Positions 24,272 to 38,899 of a stretch of 64,000 nt of DNA are shown here, piece after piece. Position numbers and translations under genes: made by a program. The notes below the pieces were generated by a model that did not search any database, had not been told where the DNA came from, and saw nothing but the letters and a program-made list of their open reading frames with translations. The stretch is from positions 5,456,001-5,520,000 of the forward strand of contig NC_087436.1 of NCBI RefSeq assembly GCF_036321535.1, read 5' to 3'. Position 1 is the stretch's first letter; every line of letters begins with the position of its first letter. The DNA comes from Camelus dromedarius. Its lineage: Eukaryota.

Positions 24272-25042
24272 CTTTTTTAAAAAATTTTATTTTATTGAGT
24301 TATAGTCAGTTTACAATGTTGTATCAACTTCCAGTGTAGAGCACAAGTTTTCAGTCATACATGAACATACATATATTCATTGTCATATTCTTTTTCACCA
24401 TGAGCTACCACAAGATCTTGTATGTATTTCCCTGTGCTATACAGTATAAACCTGTTTATCTATTCTATATATACCTGTCAGTATCTACAGATTTTAGACT
24501 CCCAGTATGTCCCTTCCCACTCCTCTCCTCCTGGGAACCACAAGTTTGTATTCTATGTCTGAGTCTGTTTCTGTTTTATATTTAAGTTCACTTGTCTTCT
24601 TCTCCTCCTGCTCCTTAGATTCCACTTATGAGTGATATCATATGGTATTTTCCTTTCTCTTTCTGGCTTACTTCACTTAGAATGACATTCTCCAGGAACA
24701 TCCATGTTGCTGCAAATTGCATTATGGTGTCCTTTTTATGGCTGAATAGTATTCCATTGTATAAATATACCACAACTTCTTTATCCAGTCATCTGTCATT
24801 GAGCATTTAGGCTGTCTCCATGTCTTGGCTATTGTAAATAGTGCTGCTGTGAACATTGGGGTGCAGGTGGCTTTTTGAAGTAGGGTTCCTTCTGGATACA
24901 AGCCCAGGAGTGGGATTCCTGGGTCACATGGTAAGTCTATTCCCAGTCTTTTGAGGAATCTCCTACTGTTTCCCACAGTGGCTACACCAACCTGCATTCC
25001 CACCAGCAGTGCAGGGGGGCTCCACAGCCTCCAGCATTTATC
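24272..25042 (-). mobile_element. 5'-truncated young LINE-1
   Basis: ORF 24722-25003(-) gives the L1 ORF2 C-terminus DPGIPLLGLYP...KTWRQPKC...[18 protein letters not shown]. Confidence 0.92.
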
Positions 25043-28000
25043 AAGATGTTTTATGAGGGCTGCTCTTAGTTATATTAGTGTGGGGTCAGGTTTGCGTGTA
25101 TTTATTTTATCATCTTAATTATCTTTCCTCCAAATTGTTAATATTCTAGCTTTAAAATCAGGACATAAGAACTTTTGACTCTGGTTCTGTGTGCATCCTG
25201 GGAAACACTATGACTTCTTTATATTAGTTTATTCACAACCTGAAAAAGTTGTGTGTGTATAAATGTGTTTGATGTCTGTATGAGAAATTTTTTTGACTCC
25301 CTCGGAGAGAGATTGTACCATTTAATGGTGGCCCTCGTGCACATCAGTTCTTTGTAGTAAGAATGGTAGGGTTGCTATCAGTGATCAAAGCTGTTGTGTG
25401 TTGTCTAAGTGTAACGTTAGCCATCTTCTTCCTATTCTGGTTTTCTTACCTACTGTTCATTAGTAGAGTGGATTGATTTTAGTTTAGTCCCAGTTTTTTA
25501 CTTCCTAGTGAAAATGTTCAAGACAGAGACCTTGGCCGAGAGATGAAAGGCTGACTGGAAAAGGACATGTATACTCTATACAACACATACAACGGAAAAT
25601 CGCCTGTATTATTATTACCGTAACAGGTCCAGGTCATATTTTTCATTGTTTAGGTTATGTATTTCTTGCTACCTATTGAACAATTCTAATTAACTGGCGT
25701 GCTGTTATTTTGCAATCAGTTGAATTAATGATCTCTTCCCGAATAATTTCCCAGGTTTTGAAATCGGCATCCTTATTATTTTGGACGCTCGGGTGTGGAA
25801 CGTAAATGGAACCTGTTTTCTCTTAAAATGATCTCCTATGTCCGTCGTGTTCATTGCTCTGCCACTTGCCATCATTTTCAACATACCTGTTACAATCGTT
25901 TCCTAATTATTTGCCCTATTTTTTCTCTGCTCATTATTACCCATCTTCCATATTGTTTCCATTTTCATCTTCTTAAAATTAGGTTCCAGACCAGGAAGGT
26001 CCTTTTATTGCCTAGTGGATCTGGTGCAGACTCTTCACTCTCATTTTCAGGGGGCTCTTTAATGTACCCGCGGAGGTTTACGGAAGACTGCTGTCTTAGT
26101 TTAGAAAGGCTGAGCTCTCCTTGTTTATGATTTAAGCCTGTTTATGTTTAGAATGACAGCTTCCTGCCTAACCTCTGCAGGTCTTACTGGTCCCTCAGGG
26201 CTCATCTCATCTTGCCTTATGAGGAACTTCTTAAATGATTAGAAGTTTCCATTGAGAATGAGATTAATTCAAATGAATAGCATGCTGTGGCTGTTTAATA
26301 CATCAAGGTCTTGGACGCTGATGGAAACGCAGTGTTTAAAGAGGAAATAGTGTTCATTTCACAGTGGGTATCTCATACCCCGAACACCGCGTTGAGTTCT
26401 GGTTGCCGTTGTTTACGAGAGTTGGAATTACGTGGGAGTTTGTTCAGAGAATCGTGATTGGGGTTGGCAGGAACATGAAAGTCTGTTGCTTAATGGATTG
26501 TACTGTGGGTTTTTTTTTTTTTTTTTTAAGAATAGATGAGTAGTCACCTTTTGAGTTTTTCTGTAAGATGAACTAGACTTCTTTTGTAAGACCTCAAGTT
26601 ACAGAGTCAAGACCCAAGAGAGAAACATAGAGGAAGCTATTTCAGCTTTGAAGGCTAGGATATCAGCACCCAAAGGAAAAAAAAATGGAATTCCGTGGGA
26701 GGTTCTTTGTCAGCAGAGTGATGAGCACAGCTTGGGTAGGGACATCACCCAAATCGAGCATCACTGGGAACTTGCAGAATTTATGAGTTCTTTTCATCCC
26801 CGAGATTTCATGAACCTATGACTGGAGCTAAAATTATAATCCCTTTTCTTGGTCCTTTATGATCCTTTTTGTCCATAGTGGATATTTTGACAATTGATTA
26901 GACTTACTGTTACTACTCTTTCTATGATGTCTTTTATTTTCTAGTTGAAACATATATATTGGGTTAACTCTCAAATTATAAATGCTTGAGATGAGATGAT
27001 CTCTCTTGCTGTTTCTCTGCTTTCTTCATAGTATTTACACTTTCATTCAGTAAGAATAAATGAAGCTCTCCTGCAAAGGATTTTGAAGTAGGCAGATGAT
27101 ATATATATACACACAAACTTTCATATACACATATATACATTTTCATATATATGTAGTTTCATATTCTGCCTATTTCAGACTTCTTTGCATTTGAGCTCTG
27201 TTTATGGTTGCTAAATCAAATGGAATGAAACAGGTGACTGGTTATATAAAAAAATCATGAATTAATCTTTTGATGAGTCAGTGGCTCTGTGGGACCATGT
27301 TTAGAGGTCACTTCCAACCTCTTCTAAACAAGGTCACCTCTAAACAGGTATTGTTTAAAATTCCCTTGGTCTGTCTGCTTAATCGTGATGGACAAGGCAT
27401 TGTAATACAGGAGAATTTATTTATGTTAAGAGTATTTATTCTAATACAGGAGCACTGCTGTCTCTCAGAACTGTGGCTGTTGGGCTTTGCAACTTTCAAA
27501 AAGTTATTTAATTTATCTGGATCTCATTTTTCTCATTTGTATGGGGAAAAGTTTAATCTCAGTAGTCTCCTAATTTCATTCCTTCCTTCCTTCCAGCTGT
27601 ATATATTATGATGCAGTCACATTTTATTTATGATCATTTTGGTACCTTTATATTCAGGCCAATGGAAAAAGAAGGCACAAAATTCTATTTCTTAAGCAAC
27701 TTAATTGCTAAGGAATCTGATTTCAGATTTGACTTATCAAGATGTGAGTGTGTAATTGTGCTCCCAAATAAAAGAATAATGTGTGGAATGATGATCGTCC
27801 GCGTTCTTAGCTGCATGATTTTTCACAAATTGGGGAATTTGGCTTACAGATTCCTGTTTCCTATCTTTTTTTTCTTTCAGAGGTGAACAATTTCTGTAGT
27901 ATAGTCAGGAATAGAGTATGGTTGCAGAAGTGTCCCCTACTTGCCTTGTGGTTCTGCCTAAAAAAGGCACATCACTGCTGGGCTCCTGAGAGCAGAGAAC

Positions 28001-30987
28001 TCTTCATAAATGAGGTCCTTTCCTCCTAGACATTTAATGGAAATTTGCACTTTGAATTCACACAGCACATTATTCAGACGTATGTGCATACAAATAGCTC
28101 CTCTGAGAAATGATGTAAGTATGAAATTGTACTTCTGAGAGCTCTGATTGGAATAACAGCAAAACACTGATTAAATCACTAATAAACTACGTTGAAGAAC
28201 TTGAAACGTCTGACCTTAATTCGTCCTCATGTAACAAAACAGTGGTAGGAATTCATGATTATTCAGAGGAGCTTACGACCCCGCTCCTGAGAACAACCTG
28301 GCAGGAGAGTCTCACCTTTACCGAGCGGACGTGCGTCATTCTTCGATCAATGTTGAGCTGTCAGTTACACCGTGGACCAGGCTGACAGGATGATCCGGAG
28401 GTCGTACTGCAGCCCTCTTTCATATCATCTGGAAGGTCTATATTTATTGGACCGGAACATCTATAACATTTTTTGGTTTAATTCTACAAATGTTTTTCGG
28501 AATCTTTACTGGTTTATTTTGTGTGCTGATCTAGTCTTGGCTGGGTCTTCACTGGGGTTCCTCAGTCCTCTACTTGGTCCTCAGTGGCTCCATTTTTCTT
28601 CTTCCCTGATGAAGCTCGTGGTCCTTCCAGTCTCAGCATCGATAATGAACTCTTACTTAAAAGAAAAAAATAACAGGAGTCACTGGGCAGGAACCCCCCC
28701 TTTCCCCAAGCTGCCAGCATCATCAGGCTCTGAGAAAGAGGGACATCCTTTGCTCAGTCCTGTATCCCGTCCCCCACCCACTCTGAGCCCTCCTCCATCA
28801 CCACACTCTGCTCTCCCAGCATTCAAGCATCTTCTCTTCTTTGGCTCTTTTTCCTAAGGGCTTAAAAATACGCTGTAGGGTTGCCTACCTGAAAAAAACA
28901 AACAACAAACAAAAAAACCCCATCGTTTTTATGTTCCTAGTGCGTCAACTTTCTTTCCCATGTGTTCAGTGTCCTACTTAAACCAACAGCCTACGATGGC
29001 TCTTTCATTATTTTTTCCTTTTCTTTACTTGAATTTGAGTTACCAAAGTCATATGTCACTGTAGTGACAAGTGACACAATACTTACCGCTTAATCATTCT
29101 CCTATAATACTGACTCCTGCCACCATTCTGCTTTTGGTTAAAGATACTTATTTTAGTCCTTTTAAGCAAATCCACTAGATTTCTTTTGAGTCCTGATGTT
29201 ACTTGACAAGGACTGGTCATGATCTTCTGCGTCCTGAGACGATGTTGGGCCCCGCTGGCCCCCTTTCGCCTCCAGCTTTGTGTCTGCATCTCTGCCTACT
29301 CCAGACGAGCCCCCTGCCTGGCTGTTCCCTTTTTGTCTGTCCTGAAATTGTGGCCTTTCTCAGATATTCATATCCTAGGTGTCACCGGATGTTCCTGCTT
29401 GGTCCTTCTAGCTTCTTACTTACCAATTCCCCTGAGTGATTTCTCCTTGTATCTGGGGTTACGCACACATCTTTATCTCTAGGGGTAACTACGCTTGTGA
29501 GCTCTAGGTGGTTATTTTCCACTTCCTGCTGGACCTCAGAGCTAATACATCACACCAGATCTGCCTTCCAGCTCCGCACCCGCCTTCCGTGAGGAAGTGC
29601 TGACGCATCTTCCTTCTCTCGGGTACGCTCACCTGGACCGTCTCCTCGGCCACTCATTCGGCTGCTCAGAATTGACTCTTGCATGTGGCCGCTTCTCCCC
29701 ATCTCAACTGTTGAGGTGCCCGTTAGAGTCTAGCCACTGCACCTTGAGTCGGTCATGGCTGTGACTCCCCCAGACCCCTGACCTCCGTCCTGGCCCCGTT
29801 GCTTCAGCTTGTCCAAGGGCGCACTGCTGGCTGGGAGCTGGAGGGCAACTCGGGCTGTCTGATTCCAGGTCCAAGTCTTTTCATGAACTTTCCTGCCACC
29901 ACGTTTATATTTTATATTCCTCACCAGTAAGAACACATCCTTCTTTATCTTGGCATATCTTTATCAGTTTGAAGCAACCCTTCAGGTTTACTTGTAGGGT
30001 TTTACAGAGACTTAAAACTCATCAAAGTTCTTTCTAAATAACAGAATATGACTTTCTGAGCACACAGACAAAGAATCTTCTTGTTCCTAGGTGTGGGTCC
30101 CACCCCATAAAAACTAGCCATTACTTTGATTAATGGTATTCGATTTGGATGTTAGTTACCAATGGAGTTTTATAAATAAGAACTCATTCTGAAGGAGTTG
30201 TCAGGAGGCAGTGTGTGATTTATTACTTCTTCCTGCTGCACGTACTCAGACAGTGAGATCTACAAAGGCCTCTCTGCAAAGGAAATGAAGTATAAAACAC
30301 ATGGTTTTCTGGCTCTGCTTTTAAGAGATAAAAAGCAATAGACCAGTTGTTCAGAGATAGAGAAGTGAATTATCTTTTAAAGACAGTAACAAATTTGGGT
30401 ACCTGCATTTATTCTTTCTTATAAAGTATGAAATAGACTTAGATTTAACGAATTGATAATTCTAGTGTCTTTTGGTTGCTTTGTGCAATCTCTCTTCACC
30501 TATGTATGTGTGCAAACATTTGTGTCTGTCTATGTAAGTGTGTTCACACATAATTAAACACAAAGTTTTTTGTGTGTGTATTGTTTTTAAACATTTTTGA
30601 AGTACACTTTGCACACAGAAAAGGGCACTAATGTTAAGTCTACAACTTAAGTGTTCATTGGTACCGTGTGACGAGCACCCAGATCTGGAAACAGAATATT
30701 ACTGAAACCTGAGAAGCCACTTAATGTCATCTTCCAATTGCTCGCTGCCTTCTCAAAGACTACCATACCGTATATTGTTTGCCTGTTTCTGCATCATATA
30801 TAAATGGAATAATCCACTAAATATCCGTGATGACTGGCCTCTTTTGCTCATTATAAGATTCACCCCTGGTGCTAAAAGCAGCAGTAGTTCAGTCACTGTC
30901 ACTGTTACACAAGATTCCATCAGAGAAATCACTGTGCTTTATTTTTCTATTCTACTGTTTGTAGACATTTGTCATGTTTCCAAAGAT

Positions 30988-31004
30988 ACACACACACACA
31001 CACA

Positions 31005-31041
<37 letters not shown>

Positions 31042-31050
31042 ACACACACT
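30988..31050. repeat. Interrupted (CA)n microsatellite between old L1 fragments
   Basis: Read directly. The flanks (~30590-30975 on -, ~31100-31480 on +) are old L1-like sequence. Confidence 0.95.
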
Positions 31051-33048
31051 CTAACAAAGACTTTTTTGGAGAACATATGAAGAACTATAGAAATCATTAA
31101 GAAGAAGGCAGACAGCCTAGTCGAATATGAGCAAATGATGGTGGCCAGAAGGCCAACAGGCATATGTGAGATGATCAACTTCACTACTCATCCAGGAAAT
31201 ACAGATTAAAATTATCACACAGCCACCAGAATGGCTAAAATAAACAAAGAAGGGAAATACCAAGTGTGAATGGGAACGTGAGCACAGTTCTCCTACACTG
31301 CCGGGGAAAGGTCAAATTGGCATCAACGTTTGGTAAACCAGTTGGTAGTATCTACTGAAACTGAAAATTCATATACTCCGTGACCCCGCGCTCTGGTACT
31401 AGGTGTGTGCTCAGCAGGTGCGTGGACACCTGTTCCCCACAGTACACGTACAGACATACTCACTATTTGTAGTTACCAAAAATGACATTCATCTTTGTAA
31501 GTTTGGATGTGCTTTTCTGATTCAGAGGATTCAAAAGTTTTGAGACTAAAATAATACTGTGTCACTTAGGTGGGGGAACTAGAGCTTTGGTAGGACTGAG
31601 GCAGACACAGTTGGCTGGAGTGCGAGTCATGTGAAAAAGGCAACGTTGACACTTGAAGCTGCAATTAAAATATTCATGATAAAGGCAAACTCTTGTTAGT
31701 TATTCCCAGAATGACTGCATCAAAATTAGGTAGATAAGGTCAGCTCTGAAGTGTCAATGGAATGGGAGTAGTCCTATAGTTAGATCTAAATAGAAGGTAC
31801 AGTTCATATTTTCAGTGCATTTATAACATTATAAGTATAATATTATAATAGATTATAAATGTGCCGGATTTCACTAGCCTTAGGGAGGTTTCCAACTTGG
31901 AGCAAGTAGAAAATGATCTCTTTATGATTCTTAACTGACTTACTGTTTCTTACTTAATTTTTTTTTAAATGAATCATTTACTTCATTCAGTCACTGTTTA
32001 TTGAGCATCTAAGATGTGCATCACTAACCTTGCCGTTTATTCTGTCCTGGGACACAGATTCAAAGCAAAATATCTTCCAAAGGCGTGAGAATCAACATCT
32101 TCTGGTAACGCACCGTCAGCTGCGTTTCTCTCACGGTCCACCGTATCAGGCACAGGACCTGTAAACGTGTGTAGCTTGTAAAGGACCGGTGCCCCTGCAC
32201 CGCACAGGAGGTAACTGGGTCTGGTTCATCATTCTGTCTCCCTGGGTTCCAGAGGATTCATTCACAGACCTTCAGAGGTTGTCTTTCCAGATCCTTGTCT
32301 GCTTTGGGGGGCCTATTTCTAAGCAGTATTGCACAAATTACCTTTCAAAAGTGTGTGACATTTTACAGGAAAACCTACTTGGACAGGAATATTAAGATTC
32401 AGACTTCCCTGTGGATAGCAGATAAAATGTTTGCAACCACCTTGCAGGGGAAGGAATAGAATTTGTAAGGCATGAACCGCTACTGTCTTTCACATGTTAT
32501 TCTAAACGCTTCGTATCAGAAATAAGAACAGTTTGGGGAATAGTTTTTCAAACAGTTTTGGGAGTAATTTTTTTTTTTAGTTCTTTATGTAGAAACGATC
32601 AATTGCTGCTTCAGTTGTTAATTATGACAAAGAATTTGTATTTAATTAAAAATCCAAGTTATTAATATTCTGATAATGTTCATAAGGATTGAATCTTAGC
32701 TCATGTGAAAATTCTTCAATTTCTGCTTGAAAAAATCTGCCTAGCTTATTCATATATTAATAATATCTGCTTATACAAGTTCAAGGTCAACCTTGTGTAT
32801 TTGAAAGCCTTTTATCCTCAAATTATATCCTGCCAGAATCCAAAATATAGAAATGATAATTGATTATTTGGTATTAAGGACTATTTTTATTCTTTATATT
32901 TAACTTTGAGTAAATATTAATGTTGACTTACATAATTACTATGTAAGTAATTCTATAATTTACATACGTTTTCTGTTAGAAATGACCACTGAGGGCAGTT
33001 AAAAGTTAGCTTAGTCTATCAGGAATTTGAGGTAGGATTCTTTCTGCC

Positions 33049-33960
33049 TGTTTTGGCAGAGGTCCCGAAGGCCAGGAACACACATCCACATGGACCAGAG
33101 CTGGGTCCGGACCTCTGAAGCGGGTCATGGCCTTGTCACCCCCAGGGCCCCACGGCCCGGTGGCCTCCTAGGGCGAAGGTGGTGAGACAGGAGGTGAGGG
33201 AGTTTATTCATACTCCCCCCCAGGTGGGGAGGGGCAGTGTAACATGTGTCCCCTGTCCCAGGGGCTCATGGTCGCTGGGACCTAGGTCCCGGAAAGAGAA
33301 CTTGAGTCTTGCCTGAGACGCAGATGTGGGTCACGGGAGACAGAGGAGGTGCTGCGTGAAGTTTCCCCAAAGGCCTGGGAGGGGCAGGACCCCACAGCCT
33401 GAGCGGAAGGATGATGCCTGGGGCTGGGGGTTGGCATGGGAGTTGTCAGCTGGGGGAAGCCACGGCCGTTCCAAGGTGATGGTGACTGAAATGAGAGCTT
33501 CCGGAGCAGGGGATTTGGAGAAACCCACGAAGATGCTGTGAGCGTCGCTGTGCCCCGCCCCCCTGCGCAGCCCTGCCCGAGGAAGGCCCGGCTGGGGGAG
33601 GGGCAGGGGGCTCAGCTTTGATTATTTCTGAGTCTCCGGCATCTTCAGGAAGGGAGTGCCTACTTCAGTGGGGTCGAAAGTGCAGGGGGCCTTGTTCCTC
33701 CCGAGGGGCTGCGCAAGTGGTGGGATCTGCTGGAACCAACCCCCGGCCAGTGAAGCCCTCGCCGGTTCTTGGAGCAGGTGGATGGGCACGGGGTTGGGGG
33801 GATCGGTGTGGGGAGCAGGGTTCCTGTGTCCCTGGGTTCCAGCTCGGCCAATCAGAATTTACGCTGGTTTCCAGCTAATGATTGATTGGGACAAAAAGAG
33901 GCGGATCTTTCCCGGTCCAGAGGCCACGCGTCCCGGAGCAGGGAGGCGGGTCACCCCGAG
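33049..33960 (-). mobile_element. GC-rich LTR-like element in GLRB intron 2
   Basis: Abrupt GC-rich block starting TG, - strand AATAAA (tttatt near 33203), and CCAAT boxes near 33848 and 33885. Family not assigned. Confidence 0.45.
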
Positions 33961-35019
33961 AACCATACTCCTGTTCGTTTCCTCTGACCTCGTGCTGCGT
34001 TCGCATCTAGGAGACGCATCGTTCTTCAGACATACGGCGACGGATGCTTAAATGAAGATGCGGTCCGAAAGAAATGACCTTCTTGTGTCTCATTACAGAT
34101 AACTGTACACCTAAGGCACGCTGCAGGCAGAATCCGCTGAGTGCTTGGAGCAGAAGCAGGCTCTTTGGTGGCAGTGCGCTTGCAGAGTGTCGCTCAGTTC
34201 ATTAGGGTTCCCGACAGTCCCCAAAGCCTCTTTATCCACAGACTGTATGGTTCTTTGGAGTGATTTACCCTAAAGGGCTTTGAAGCTTAAATTACTTGTT
34301 TCAGTTTCCAATTTCTGCTCTGGCTTCTCTTTAGTTAAGATCTTGTTTTTGAGTTTGGGTTTGTAGTAGCGAGGAAAACAGACCCTTTTCCCAGCTCAGG
34401 ACTATCAATTTCAAGGGAGCGGTAGGATGAGAGGGTGGATTTGGAAAAGAAGGTGCATGAATTTCCGGTAGGTCTACATGTAAGAAACCAGGATATTCTA
34501 TATATTTGTGTCTCAAACTGCATATTGGTAACTCTCACGTGGCTTGGAATCACTTTTTTTTTCTGACGAGCTGTCTTACTACGTTTGGAGATGACTTCTC
34601 TTCCTCCGCCCTTGACATAAGCTGGGTTACTGTGCGTTGATCTGTGTGTGATAAGAAGTAGGAGGTGCTGTTCCGAGCTCTCTGCGTAAATTACCTAATT
34701 TAATTCTGAAAGCAGGGCTTGATGAAAGTGTGGTTTCCCGGGATTATTAGCCCTGTTGACAAAAGAGCTACCTTTTGACAAAAAGAGGCACAGGGGAGAG
34801 GTGTCCAGGCCGCACTGCTGATCAATGCCCAACCAGTATTCAGCCCCAGGTGGCCTGGCCCCGGATTCAGTATGCCTGCTCACTCCTGGGGCCTCTCGTG
34901 TCGAGGGCTATGTGCCTCATTCTATTAGATGAGAAGGAGATATTGCCTTTAATATGTGGTTTAGGAAGGCTCAAATGCTATGGTGATCATTTCAAAATTA
35001 TAAACCATATAGAAAAAGT

Positions 35020-35208
35020 ATATATAAAAATACAAGGCCTACTGTACAGCACAGGGAACTATATTCAATATCTTATAATAAGTTATAATGGAAAAGAATA
35101 TGAAAAAGAATAGATTTTTATATATATATATGTATGTACAACTGAATCACTTTGCTGTGCTCCAGAAACTAACAACATTGTAAATCAACTATACTTTAAT
35201 TAAAAAAA
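35020..35208 (+). mobile_element. Short L1 3' UTR fragment (sense), next to a MER2/Tigger-like relic (~35290-35390)
   Basis: ctactgtacagcacagggaactatattcaatatctt...aacacattgtaaatcaactatactttaattaaaaaaa. Confidence 0.85.
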
Positions 35209-37349
35209 TGTAATAATACTAAAAAAGAACCATCTCTAAATTACTAATAATAACTAATACAATTTAAATAGCATGTAAATAGTTGCCAGCCCACTGCAAA
35301 TTCAAGTTTTGCCTTTTGGAACTTTCTGGAATTTTTTTTCTCTTCAAGTATTTTCCGCTGGAGGTTGGTTGACTCATGGATACAAATATGACCATGGCCT
35401 GTGCTACAAATCTCTTCAATCTTTGTTACACATTTTCACTTTCTTAACAGTGTCTTTTGATGAACTAAAGTGCTTATTTCTAATGACGTCTGGCTCATTC
35501 AGTTTTATTAGTGCTTTTGTGTTTGATTTAAGAAATCTTTCTCTGCTGCAAGGTCTTGAAGTAGTCTATTTTGGTGATTTTTCTTGAAGCTTTTATGTTT
35601 CACATTTAGTTCTATAATCCACTTCGATTTAATTTTGTGTATGGCAGTGGGTGGGGTCAAGATGCGTTTTTAAAATAGGCACATCCAATGAGAGCAGCAC
35701 GTTTATGGAAAAGGCTGTCCCTGCTCTGCTAAACTGCACTGGGATGTTTCTGTGCCTCAGTTACTGCTGCTCTTTCCTGTCCTGCTGGTCTGGTGCTCCT
35801 AGCCTTGTACATCCCGGTAGCAGGACGCCTGCACAGCCTCTGCTTTGTTCTCCTTCCTCATCGCCTTGGCCACTCTGGGTTCTTTTCATTTCCGTACAAG
35901 GATTAGAATCAGCACTTCCATCTTCACACAGATACACACGAAATGCGGGGCTGTTCACCGACACGATACGGACTCAGGCATGTTTCCGATTCTCAGTCAA
36001 ACATTAAATAAAAAAGTAAGCAACAAACCATATATGGGAAAATTGGCAAAGCCAATAAATGGGGAATGAAGAAATTTATCATAGCGTTGGAATAAGCATC
36101 TTGGTGTAAATGTGGCTGGACCTGGGTTCATGGGTATTTGAAACTGCGTCAAATGCAGACGTCAACCCTGAGCAGTGCTCTTTGAGGAATGGGACCTGGA
36201 GGCTTTGGGACGCCTGTCTGGTGGTGACCAGGCCATGAGTAGGGGTTGAGCTCCCCAAGGGCAGTGTTTTTTTGCACGTTGTTTTGCGTGTACTTTTCCA
36301 AGTTTTCGGGAAATGCCTGGCCCTGCTTCTCACTAAACACTTGTTGAATACTCTCTGTGCAGTATATTCAGAATTGCAATTCTATTTAAATATGGAACCC
36401 ATGCCAGGGAGAAATAGTTTCAGCTCTCGAAAATTTACATTCAAAGAACATTGCCCTCCCAATAAAGTGTTAACAAATATTAAATAATATCATGATTGAT
36501 ATTAATCATGATTAATGAATCATTTGGCAACAGTGCTGGGTACTGTATCATAATACCTTTAAAACATCGATTTCAAGATCAGTGATATTGATGTATTTTT
36601 GGTTACCTTTAAGGTTCTGAATTGTTTGAAAATACAATTCAGTATATTTCATTTTTTAATCTTTAAGCTGCTCATGTGATAACTTAATTCTTGGCAGGTA
36701 AACAAGAAAGTTGTCCTGGGTTGTTGGCTTGGATCTTTTAAGGAAGACCTGAAATCTGTCTGATTCAGTTTTCTTTCACCCTTGATTTAGATTCCATCGA
36801 TTCCTGTTTTGGGGGGGGAATCTGAAATTGCGATTATTTCACATTTTTCCACTCAACTGAATCTTTCACCTCCTTAGGTTTTACATCACAGACAAATGTA
36901 AAGGAAAATGGCAACGTGTCGCTGCGACCCACACCTGTTTCTAATCACTTCTGCTTTTCTGGAGTTGATATAATCAAACTCTTCTCTTGGGGGGCAGGTG
37001 GTAACAAAAGTAGATTTATTTTATTAATTTTCGAAGTAGAAGTATTTAGGAACACGATCCAATGACGTTTTGTCCAGCTCGTGTTTACTTTTTATCTCTT
37101 CATTTGCTAGATTTTCATTAGAAGAAAGCCAGGAAATTAAATTTTGTCTTCAAATATTAGCTATGTAAATAGCTCAAATAATCAGCTGCTTTGGTTAAAA
37201 AAAAAAAACTAATAATTTTGGCTGGTTTTTTCCTTTACACTAAATTGAGCAATAACTCAGTTAAAACATGTTGTATGTGTACATACAGTTCAGATTTTCC
37301 TTTTTGGAGGGTTGTCGCTGGAAATTGTGTGGTTTCTTTTAATGAGAAA

Positions 37350-38270
37350 GATTTTCATTGTGGCAAGAACAGTGAACAAGAGATCTACTCCCTTTCACAG
37401 ATTTTTGTTCACAACCCAGTGTTGTTGACTCCAGGGACCATGTTGCATAGCAGATCTCTAGAATTTACTCATCTTGCATAACTGACACTTTATATCTTTT
37501 GATGTACAACTCTGATATCCCCCTCACTCCAGCCAACCACCATTGTTCCCTTTGCTTCTCCAGGTGTGGCTATTTCAGATTCCTCATACACGTGGAATCA
37601 TGCAGTATCGGTGCTTCTGTCCCTGGATTGTATCACTCAGTGTTGTAATGCCCTTCAGGTCTATCCACGTGGCCGTGTGTTGCAGGATTTCCTTTTGCAG
37701 GGCTGAGTAGTATTCCAGTGTAGGTATAGACCGCCTCTTTTGGAATCCATCCATCTGTCAGTGGACATTGGGTTGTTTGTACATGGCGGTGACTGTGAAG
37801 AAGGCTGCAGTGACCCTGGGAGTGCAGGGACAGGAAGGGGCTGGGGCTGACAGCTCAAAGCTGTGCACTAAGGGGGCGGGAGTAGCCTTGGCCAGTGCCC
37901 CTTGGTCTGGCCATAGATTTGTTCTCGGGCGTCCCCAGGGCATGGGCATCTGCAGCCCCGTCACTGTCCTAGGACAGGTGAGCTAGAAGCTGGTCCCTGG
38001 CGTGGCCCCTGGAGGAGCTGGGAGGTTGGTAGGACTCTTTCCCTGCTCTCTCTCTGGTACATATTGTGCTGGGGGATGAGGTTTGTGGCCAGATGGTGTC
38101 TCTGCTTCTCCCACTGGTTTCATTGCCACTGGTTCAGTGTGGACGCCTCTCAGCGAGTTTCTGGATGTCTCACAAAAAGGGTGGATCCGTGCCTTGCTAC
38201 TGGGTCGGTGTGTCCAGGGAGGAGGGAGGGTCTGGAATTCCCTGTTCCATCCGGCAGATGTCACTCCCGA
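37350..38270 (-). mobile_element. Old L1 3' end (~37350-37827) abutting an L1 5'-UTR-like GC-rich segment (~37828-38270)
   Basis: 3' part has gctgagtagtattcca and gtggacattgggttgttt. The distal end reverse-complements to gggagtgacatctgccggatggaacagggaattccagacc, similar to old L1 5' termini. Confidence 0.6.
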
Positions 38271-38899
38271 TCACGGGTTTCCTTCCGTCTCCCTCCCTAC
38301 TGCTCACCATCCAGTCCACTCCAACCTGGCTTCTGCCCCGTCTCAGCTGAAAAACAGCTCTCCCTTGGCGGCGCCCTGCGGGGGGTTTTCAGTCCTCATC
38401 TTACCCGCCCCTCAGCAGCATTTGGTCCTGTGAACAGCCCTTCCATCAAGTGTTCGTTTCCCCGGAGTTCTTGTTGACGTCACACACTTCCGGATTCCCT
38501 CCTCCTTCCCGGGCAGTTTATTCTTTGTCTTAACTATTGGCTGATCTTCCTCCAGCTGCTCGTTAAATGTTGGGGTTCCTCACGTTTCTGTGCCACATCC
38601 TTTTGTCACCGGAAGCTTTCCTTTCTGACAAGTGATTTGTCTAACCGTTAAAATCCTCCTCCACGTGGGTGCAAGTGGAAGACTCACCTGTGAGGACGTG
38701 GGTGTGTGCAGACTTGGAGCAGCGGATTGTCACAAGCTCCAGCCTTCGCGTGTGATCAGAATGGCAGTTCCACGTGATTGTGTACAGACTTCGCCTCTGG
38801 TTAAGGCTGTGGATTTTGGAACAAGAAAGTGTGATTGCCTCTCCTGAATCTTTTAGCTTCTTGCCTATTCTATTTATTTATTTGTTTGTATGTTTGTTT

